A stretch of 9,019 nucleotides of DNA from Candidatus Heimdallarchaeota archaeon B3_Heim (lineage in GTDB: Archaea > Asgardarchaeota > Heimdallarchaeia > Hodarchaeales > Hodarchaeaceae), in NCBI GenBank assembly GCA_003144275.1, contig NJBF01000076.1:1-9019 (forward strand). Reading direction: 5' to 3'. This document shows, in pieces, positions 1-6,343 of the stretch. The notes under the pieces are model-generated. The model saw only the letters and a list, made by a program, of their open reading frames with translations, was not told the origin of the DNA and searched no databases. Within the stretch, counting starts at the first letter, position 1, and every line of letters begins with the position of its first letter. Position numbers and translations under genes: made by a program.

Positions 1-200
1 TGGTCTAAATGTTTTTCGAACTCACTAGAAGCGATATTCTTAAGATTCTCTTTATCTACTATTTTCTGAAGTGCGATAACCCAAGCGTCATTACTATTGA
101 CAAACACGCCATCTAAATCGAATAAGATTGCTTTGTATCCTTTGAATGATGAAAAACGGGGAATTTGATTGTATTTTTGGAGATCGTAGATCATATTCAT
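1..200 (-). CDS. HAD-superfamily hydrolase/phosphatase, N-terminal part (runs off the left edge)
   Basis: Not in the ORF track. Manual translation from ATG at 200 (alternative ATG at 194) gives MNMIYDLQKYNQIPRFSSFKGYKAILFDLDGVFVNSNDAWVIALQKIVDKENLKNIASSEFEKHLD. It contains HAD motif I (hhhDxDG, DLDG at 119-108) followed by a cap-type helix. An in-frame TGA lies shortly upstream of the start. Confidence 0.85.
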   Translation of the reverse strand, partial: MNMIYDLQKYNQIPRFSSFKGYKAILFDLDGVFVNSNDAWVIALQKIVDKENLKNIASSEFEKHLD

Positions 201-372
201 CACTGAGATGGTGGAACTCTGTTCTCAAACTGGATATTCTCTTAAGTAGATGCTTTTTTGATAATTTATAGATCCCATCCGTTCTGAAAGACTTACCCGA
301 ATAGGAGGGTTAGGAACAATGATTCCAAATCATTTTTGGAGATGTTCTGAAATAAGCAAACTATTGTATTCC

Positions 373-1041
373 TCAAATTAAGCTTTGTATATCCTCAATC
401 GCTGCAGAGGTAATCCAGCTTACCTTTGTATACACTTTGCGAATCATAAGATTCTTATCAATCAACATACTTAGCCAGGAATGAATTAGAATACTTGGTT
501 CGGTTTCATTTTCATGTGACACTTTATAGGAAATGGTATTATTATTATCAGTAACATTAGCTAATTCTTCAAGTTCATTTGTATATGACAGGACCCCATA
601 GTCATCAACCACATGGCGTATGGTAGCTAAGTCATATGCTGTGAGAAATTGCCACCCTGTAAAGTTGACACCATAAGATAAGGCGTAGTTTTTTAATACT
701 GAGGGAGTGTCAAACAAAGGATCTAATGTAATACAAATAAGCATAACGTCCCTACCGAATGAAGAACCAAAAGCCGTCTGAATCTTTGTGAATTCATAAG
801 TCATCAAATCACAAAAATCATCGGTACAACTAGTATAAATAAATCCAAGCATTATGACCTTTCCTGAGAACTGTTGCAACGTAACTGTTTCATTATCCTG
901 ATTTATCAATGTAAAATCAGGAGCAGGTTTAATATTAGGAAGCATTTGATTCTGACTCAAGGGATAAAGCACGAATGCTGTGCCTACTCCTGCTAAAATC
1001 ATAATACTGATCGCCATTCCAACAATCGTGCTTTGTTCCAT
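373..1041 (-). CDS. sco: SCO1/SenC-family copper chaperone for CuA assembly
   Basis: Single N-terminal TM anchor, then APDFTLINQD and GKVIMLGFIYTSC-x4-C, ITLDPxxDTPxVLKxYA, WxFLT, and the conserved distal His in ILIHS. It lies directly downstream of the cox genes. Confidence 0.93.
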   Translation of the reverse strand: MEQSTIVGMAISIMILAGVGTAFVLYPLSQNQMLPNIKPAPDFTLINQDNETVTLQQFSGKVIMLGFIYTSCTDDFCDLMTYEFTKIQTAFGSSFGRDVMLICITLDPLFDTPSVLKNYALSYGVNFTGWQFLTAYDLATIRHVVDDYGVLSYTNELEELANVTDNNNTISYKVSHENETEPSILIHSWLSMLIDKNLMIRKVYTKVSWITSAAIEDIQSLI

Positions 1042-1072
1042 AGATAAGATCCTCGTTTACATTCTATACGTC

Positions 1073-1423
1073 TTAAATTCCACATAAATAGACAATTGTA
1101 CCCAAGGCTGGAATCATAACCACGGGTAAAGCGATGAACATGGGAATTCCAAACATTACTCCATATACAACCTTGGGGTTTTCTTGGTACTTAATACCCA
1201 TAAAGAAAGCAGCTACCAAATATACTTTCAATAAAGCCAGAGTAATAAGTGCTAAATTAATATATCCTTCCACATTTGCACCTTCTCCAGCTATTTCAGA
1301 GATAAATCCAATATTTAATTCTAAAATCGTTAATAATCCCAATGTAAGAAATACAATAAAATAAGGGCGTTTGACATACTCATGAGAATTTACAGTTTCT
1401 ATTTGTGTTGCCATTTTTACCAT
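1073..1423 (-). CDS. coxD: Prokaryotic cytochrome c oxidase subunit IV family protein (CtaF/CyoD-like)
   Basis: 116 aa with 3 TM helices. The pattern YxxVFxxLxxLTxLE...LAxxKxxLVxxxFMx(I/L)K matches COX4_pro. It starts 18 nt after the subunit I stop. Confidence 0.8.
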   Translation of the reverse strand: MVKMATQIETVNSHEYVKRPYFIVFLTLGLLTILELNIGFISEIAGEGANVEGYINLALITLALLKVYLVAAFFMGIKYQENPKVVYGVMFGIPMFIALPVVMIPALGTIVYLCGI

Positions 1424-1441
1424 CTCTTATAATTTCATTAT

Positions 1442-2977
1442 CTATACTGTGGGAAGTTCATCAATAGCCAGATTAAACGGATCATCACCTGCTGGTGGAC
1501 CCTTCCGGATGCTATAAATCATATTAATTACGAAAATGACTCCTGAAATAAACATTATATATGCCCCAACCGTTGCTAGGAAGTTCCAAAAAGCTAAGAC
1601 ATCAACGTTGCTAAAGGTTGAGTAATCAAAATACCTTCGAGGCATTCCATGCATCCCTGCGATCATCATAGAATTGAAGGTCGTCAAGAACCCAATAATC
1701 CACATGAAACAATGAACCCATGCAAGATTACGATGGTACATTTTGCCAGTCATTTCAGGGAAATAGTTATAGAAAGCACCAATAAGAGCAGTGAGAGCCC
1801 CACCTAAGATAATCATGTGAAAATGACCAACAACAAAAGCTGTATCATGTACAATGATATCGACTGGAACTATGTTCAACCATACTCCAGTAAGCCCCCC
1901 AATTACAAAACCAATAATAAAACCAAAAGGAAATACAATTGGTACCTCCAACTTGATCCTGCCTCCCCACATGGTCAGCAACCAGTTGAACGTTTTAATT
2001 CCAGAAGGAACAGCGATAAGCGAGGTTATTATGGAAAAAAGTGTTGTAGTAAATGCATCAGTTGCTGCACCATAGAGAGTATATTGGTGATGACCCCAAA
2101 CGAGAAATCCGAGGAAAGTAATGACCATCAATGATACTACCATCGATTTGTATCCAAATATCTCATTACGTGAGAACTTCTGTACCATCAGTGATGTTAA
2201 ACCCATGGCTGGTAGAATCATAATATATACAGCGGGATGGGAATAACTCCAGAATACGTGTTGCCATAGGAACGATCCCACACCAAAACCAACTGCTGAA
2301 AAGAAAGCGGTATCAAGAATGCGGTCAGATAGTAGAAGTGCTAATCCAGTTGTAATTAAAGGAGTTGCACATAATTGAATGATTGAAGTAGCCACAATGG
2401 ACCAACTAAATAAGTCAAGTTTTCCCCAGGTTAGCCCAGGTTTACGCATGGATGCTATGGTCATGATAAAATTGATAGCTGAAACTAAAGAAGATACTCC
2501 TGCGAGTAATACACCGATAATCCACATATCTACACCCACACCCCAAAGTTCTGCACTCAACGGTGTGTATAATGTCCAGCCTACAGATGATTGGGCAAAA
2601 AAGATTAGAAATCCAGCTGGTATCAATAACCAGAATGCCGCATTATTCCATCGCGGCCAGTACATATCAGGAGCTCCAATTAATTTCGGTATAAGATAAT
2701 TCCCAAAACCTGCTCCTAAGGGAAAAATCACCATGAAAATCATAATTGTTCCATGAGCAGTAAAAATAATTGAATATAATTCAGCATCGACTATTGTAGC
2801 ACCTGGAAATGCCAATTCTGTTCTCAGAATTAATGCTAAGATACCACCAATAAATACACTTATGATGGCTAAGACTATGTATAGAATTCCAATTTCGGCG
2901 TGATTTGTTGTTCCAATCAGGGTTCTCCAATTTTTATAGAAAGGGGGATGTGTTGTTTCTGTAATTTTTCTCACCAA
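1442..2977 (-). CDS. coxA: Heme-copper oxidase subunit I, A-family, A2 subtype (aa3-like cytochrome c oxidase)
   Basis: All six metal-ligand His are present: H75 (TAHG), H247 (YSHPAVY, with cross-link Tyr251), H296/H297 (WGHH) and H385/H387 (GHFH). D-channel D104/N111/N112, K-channel K328, HDT, GMPRRY and GWTLYTPL are also present. Start is TTG at 2977 or GTG at 2974. Confidence 0.98.
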   Translation of the reverse strand: MVRKITETTHPPFYKNWRTLIGTTNHAEIGILYIVLAIISVFIGGILALILRTELAFPGATIVDAELYSIIFTAHGTIMIFMVIFPLGAGFGNYLIPKLIGAPDMYWPRWNNAAFWLLIPAGFLIFFAQSSVGWTLYTPLSAELWGVGVDMWIIGVLLAGVSSLVSAINFIMTIASMRKPGLTWGKLDLFSWSIVATSIIQLCATPLITTGLALLLSDRILDTAFFSAVGFGVGSFLWQHVFWSYSHPAVYIMILPAMGLTSLMVQKFSRNEIFGYKSMVVSLMVITFLGFLVWGHHQYTLYGAATDAFTTTLFSIITSLIAVPSGIKTFNWLLTMWGGRIKLEVPIVFPFGFIIGFVIGGLTGVWLNIVPVDIIVHDTAFVVGHFHMIILGGALTALIGAFYNYFPEMTGKMYHRNLAWVHCFMWIIGFLTTFNSMMIAGMHGMPRRYFDYSTFSNVDVLAFWNFLATVGAYIMFISGVIFVINMIYSIRKGPPAGDDPFNLAIDELPTV

Positions 2978-2989
2978 ATCAATGTTTAA

Positions 2990-3652
2990 TTATTTTACGA
3001 CGATTTTTGCTTCCATAGAATAGTGCCCAAATCCACAATATTCAGCACAGTGTACCTCATATGTACCTGGAATAGGTACCTGTAAGTAAATAATATTATA
3101 TCTTCCTGGAACCATATCCAGCTTAATACTCAGTTCATGTGCGTAGAAAGAGTGAATGACATCAATAGATGTGATATTAAACATGTATATTTTGTTAACT
3201 TCTATATGAACGATATCTACACTACGAGAACCATTTTCTCTAACAAATGTGAAATTATATTGATACGCAATGACCAAAATTTCTTCATCATAGTCCTCTC
3301 GTTCACTGAAATACGAAGTAGTCGCAGGTAAACTGGCAACAAATAAGGATAATACGATGACTGTCGCAAATATGACCCATCCTATTTCTAAGCGCATTTC
3401 ATTTTGGATTTTTTTTCGAACAGTCTTATTTCCTTCCCTGAATCGAAATACAATATAAATTAGCATTCCAAATACGAGTGATGCAATAAATATCGAAACC
3501 AATATGACCAATGTTAATAGAAACTCAATTTGTGGGGTATATGTGGAATCTGTGGGAGAAGCTCTGGTGGAAATAACATGCTCAACCATGAATAACCCGA
3601 ATATCAAACTACCCAATGAGATTTTATATTTACGTTTCATATTAATTTTCAC
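2990..3652 (-). CDS. coxB: Cytochrome c oxidase subunit II with CuA site and no fused cytochrome c
   Basis: Signal-like N-terminus, two TM helices with the K-channel entry Glu (LEIGW), DVIHSF, and CuA motif CAEYCGFGHYSM (H167, C202, E204, C206, H210, M213). No CxxCH. The true start is probably ATG at 3640. Confidence 0.97.
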   Translation of the reverse strand: MKINMKRKYKISLGSLIFGLFMVEHVISTRASPTDSTYTPQIEFLLTLVILVSIFIASLVFGMLIYIVFRFREGNKTVRKKIQNEMRLEIGWVIFATVIVLSLFVASLPATTSYFSEREDYDEEILVIAYQYNFTFVRENGSRSVDIVHIEVNKIYMFNITSIDVIHSFYAHELSIKLDMVPGRYNIIYLQVPIPGTYEVHCAEYCGFGHYSMEAKIVVK

Positions 3653-3653
3653 C
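3649..3653 (-). promoter_or_regulatory. Shine-Dalgarno-like GGTGA for coxB
   Basis: The minus strand reads GGGTGA-aaattaat-ATG, so GGTGA sits 8 nt before ATG 3640. GGTGA is a common archaeal RBS core. It overlaps the GTG chosen as start by the ORF track. Confidence 0.55.
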
Positions 3654-3668
3654 CATTCTACTTCTCTT

Positions 3669-5120
3669 CTATATTAAATAAACCAGTGTAAACAGAACGA
3701 TCCACACTAAATCGACAAAGTGCCAATAGAGTCCAACTAACTCTAATCCCGCATGGTTTTCTTTTGTAAACCCACCTTGATGAGCTCTAAGTGTAGTAAA
3801 TATAACTAGAAGGACTCCAAAGAACACGTGCGCCCCATGAAGCCCTGTTTGCACATAAAAAGTTGACCCAAACAAATTGGTTGTGGGAGTAAAGTGGTGG
3901 CCAAATAACTCTAAATACTCTGATACTTGAATACTAAGGAAAAGGCTTCCTAATCCAGCAGTTGCTAAAAGATAATTACGGGATATTTTTTGGTTACCTT
4001 GTTTTATTGCATCCACTGATTTTACCATCGTGAAACTGCTGATAATTAAGATAAATGTATTTACTGCCGTTAAAGGAATATTCAAGATTTGGCTTTGATC
4101 TGGCCATTCAGCGCCAGAAGCAACACGAAGCCCGAAAGACGTCCCAATAATCATAGAAAACAAGATCACTTCACTACCTAGGAACAACCACACCCATCCT
4201 TCCTTCGGCCTTTTGAAGAGCTTTTGGGTGAATGTTTCGTTGAAAATAAATGCCAGCAGGAGAATGAAGAATGTCCAGAAAAACCCAAATGCTGCCAATA
4301 CATTATCATCGGTAAAATTTATGATTGCTGCGGCGACAAGTACTGTGCCAAGAGCTAAAGCTGCAGGCCAGAGAGTAACTTCATGTTCTTCATGTGACCC
4401 CTCTCCAGGTGGTTCTATATGTGGTGGCTTTTTGGAAAAACCAGCAAAAACTGTTAGAAATACTATGGCTAATGTTCCAACAAGAACTATTGGTGTTAAT
4501 GCCCCCTCCATTGTTCCACCTGGTAGCATTTCCCCCATTATTGGGATATCTGTGATCAAAGTTCCCCCATAAACGCGGAGTGCTCCCGCTCCTGACACTA
4601 ATGTTAAGAGAAGGTACCCTAAAATTTGACTAAGAATATACACGATCCAAAATAAATAGTGTTGACTGAAGAATCGTTCTTTTCTATAGCTGACGAAATA
4701 TATACGCAATGCTATAGCAAAAAGGAAGTAAGAGGTACCGATTATGGCCCAAATGACCTTATATCCTAAAATTGTACTGAGACTTGCTTCTGATATCCCT
4801 GCAGCTAAATTATCAAAATTAATATATCCAATACCGACATTTCCAGAAGCATCTAAAAATCCAGCTACTCCTGCGACAGCTAACGTCACAATTCCGTAGA
4901 TAAGGAACATAAATGCAACAAATTCAAATTTATCAGCGTAAGTTCGGCATGTACGTTGATCCATAAGTTCTCTTCCCCGAAAAACTTTTTTCACCTTTTT
5001 GCGATTGAAAAAGTCTGTTCTCTCAAATGCAGCAACTATAATTGCTACAAGGAATGTGAATACGCTCAATGCCAAATTAGCGATATGAAAATGTAAGACT
5101 ATTGGATGTAATTCAGCCAT
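3669..5120 (-). CDS. coxC: Cytochrome c oxidase subunit III (full 7-TM form) fused C-terminally to a ~230 aa 5-TM DUF2231-like domain
   Basis: The C-terminal half has TLWP (W251), FLGSEVILF, LNIPLTAVNTFILIISS, QVSEY, TGLHGAHV and YWHFVDLVW, all COX3 motifs. The N-terminal half has LHPIVLHFHIA, AGVAGFLDA and SGAGALRVYGG, resembling DUF2231 (HPxxVHFPI...GGxLVY). COX3 is certain; the DUF2231 assignment is moderate. Confidence 0.9.
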   Translation of the reverse strand: MAELHPIVLHFHIANLALSVFTFLVAIIVAAFERTDFFNRKKVKKVFRGRELMDQRTCRTYADKFEFVAFMFLIYGIVTLAVAGVAGFLDASGNVGIGYINFDNLAAGISEASLSTILGYKVIWAIIGTSYFLFAIALRIYFVSYRKERFFSQHYLFWIVYILSQILGYLLLTLVSGAGALRVYGGTLITDIPIMGEMLPGGTMEGALTPIVLVGTLAIVFLTVFAGFSKKPPHIEPPGEGSHEEHEVTLWPAALALGTVLVAAAIINFTDDNVLAAFGFFWTFFILLLAFIFNETFTQKLFKRPKEGWVWLFLGSEVILFSMIIGTSFGLRVASGAEWPDQSQILNIPLTAVNTFILIISSFTMVKSVDAIKQGNQKISRNYLLATAGLGSLFLSIQVSEYLELFGHHFTPTTNLFGSTFYVQTGLHGAHVFFGVLLVIFTTLRAHQGGFTKENHAGLELVGLYWHFVDLVWIVLFTLVYLI

Positions 5121-5908
5121 TATAGATCACCAGTTTTTAGATCATAATCAGTCTTCGGAGGGCGCCCTTTACTATCTACATAGATTAACAAACCAGTTAA
5201 GGTTACGAAAAAGGCCAAGGCTAATATAAACGCTTGACTGAAATCATATTTCAAGATACTAGCGCCTTTTAAATTCCAGAAAATCGTTCCTCGACTCACA
5301 CCTGCATGCTGATCCAAGAAATTGTCTGTGGTCCCATATGCCCAGATTATTGTAATTTCTCCCACTAATGGAATGGTATTATCATAATCAGTATCTGATG
5401 TAACAATATTCCGTTCAAATTCAATAATAGTTGTTTGGTCACTTTCGCTCCCATTAAAAGCGAGAATATTGTCTTGTCCACCTAATTCAGTATCGGGTGG
5501 ATGGGGACCGTAGTCCCCAATACTAAAAGCATCTATCATACTAACCGTACCATTAGAACTAATCCACCCAAAATACATATCAGCATCCTTCATTCTGACA
5601 GATGGATCTATACCAATTGCTACCCACCCAGTAGTTTGTACTTCCATTGCAATAAAGATTGTATTTTCATCTGTAGCTTGCCAATGAAGGATAAAATTGT
5701 CTTCATCAATACTTTGCTTATTTGAATACTCTCCATGATTGATAACGCCATCCAGCACACTCTCAGATAATTTATTTGGCGTTGCTTGTATAGAAACAAC
5801 TGTAGAAGTAATCATTAACATAAACACCAAAAAATGTAACATTTGTCTATAATTCGTATTTATTCGTAATTTGGTACCATGTAGCTTGTTCATTGCAGAA
5901 ATCTCCAT
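5120..5908 (-). CDS. Secreted, C-terminally membrane-anchored DOMON-domain protein, putative heme b (Met/His) binding
   Basis: Signal peptide ending ...VSIQA, then LHW, GWVAIG, M106-KDADMYFGW, EFER, IIWAYG and H201, then a C-terminal TM helix (AFILALAFFVTLTGLLIYV). Its TAA overlaps the coxC ATG by 1 nt (TAATG at 5122-5118). Confidence 0.88.
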   Translation of the reverse strand: MEISAMNKLHGTKLRINTNYRQMLHFLVFMLMITSTVVSIQATPNKLSESVLDGVINHGEYSNKQSIDEDNFILHWQATDENTIFIAMEVQTTGWVAIGIDPSVRMKDADMYFGWISSNGTVSMIDAFSIGDYGPHPPDTELGGQDNILAFNGSESDQTTIIEFERNIVTSDTDYDNTIPLVGEITIIWAYGTTDNFLDQHAGVSRGTIFWNLKGASILKYDFSQAFILALAFFVTLTGLLIYVDSKGRPPKTDYDLKTGDL

Positions 5909-5950
5909 CGGGGGTTATATTTTTGGTGCAGAGGACGAAAAAATCATCAT

Positions 5951-5963
5951 TTGTTATTAACAA
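5951..5963. promoter_or_regulatory. Perfect 6-1-6 palindrome TTGTTA-T-TAACAA, candidate operator upstream of the cox operon
   Basis: Seen directly, 43 nt upstream of the DOMON ATG. Related half-sites are TTGTGA (5968-5973) and TTGTTA (5987-5992). Function is inferred. Confidence 0.4.
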
Positions 5964-5999
5964 TCGTTTGTGAAATTCGAATAAGATTGTTACTTCTAT

Positions 6000-6016
6000 T
6001 TATTTAAGAGTTTCTT
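6000..6016 (-). promoter_or_regulatory. Candidate archaeal BRE/TATA promoter of the cox operon
   Basis: The minus strand reads AAGAAACTC-TTAAATAA, a purine-rich BRE-like run directly before a TATA-like box, about 90 nt upstream of ATG 5908. The intergenic region is AT-rich, so chance matches are possible. Confidence 0.35.
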
Positions 6017-6343
6017 ATGAATTTACACACAATTCCAGATTATCTCTATATAATTTGGACCAGACTCAAATCTACCTCTAACTCAGTTAATATCTCTAAT
6101 TATCTCACAGAGATTAATTACTTATGGAATTGTTTGTATTCTGCAATTTATGCTTATTTTCTATTAGCGTTTCATATTTCTTAGATTACGACAATGTAAA
6201 TGTCCCCAATTGACATCTTTTAAGGAACATTCATTTATTTCTCTATCTTCATAAAAGCTAGATTAATAATATATTATACTTAATACTATCTTAAACTTCA
6301 GTAGGATATTTCAAACTACAAGAAAGATAAGCTGGCTCTAAAA

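Noticed and set aside
324-340. TCCAAA-n5-TTTGGA as a terminator after sco
   Set aside because: Weak 6-bp AT-rich stem with no following U-tract on the minus strand.
1134-1364. 76 aa plus-strand ORF
   Set aside because: Antisense shadow of coxD with no recognisable motif.
1817-2699. Plus-strand ORFs 1817-2134, 1854-2075 and 2379-2699
   Set aside because: All lie antisense within the strongly supported coxA.
3137-3331. 64 aa Cys-containing plus-strand ORF
   Set aside because: Antisense to the CuA domain of coxB, with no coherent metal-binding motif.
4213-4572. 119 aa plus-strand ORF
   Set aside because: Antisense to coxC.
5501-5725. 74 aa plus-strand ORF
   Set aside because: Antisense to the DOMON gene.
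5968-5985. Full Rex operator
   Set aside because: Only the left half TTGTGAA matches; the right half is not TTCACAA.
6041-6120. Three TATCTC copies and an imperfect inverted repeat at 6097-6120
   Set aside because: Short and AT-rich, so expected by chance in this intergenic composition.
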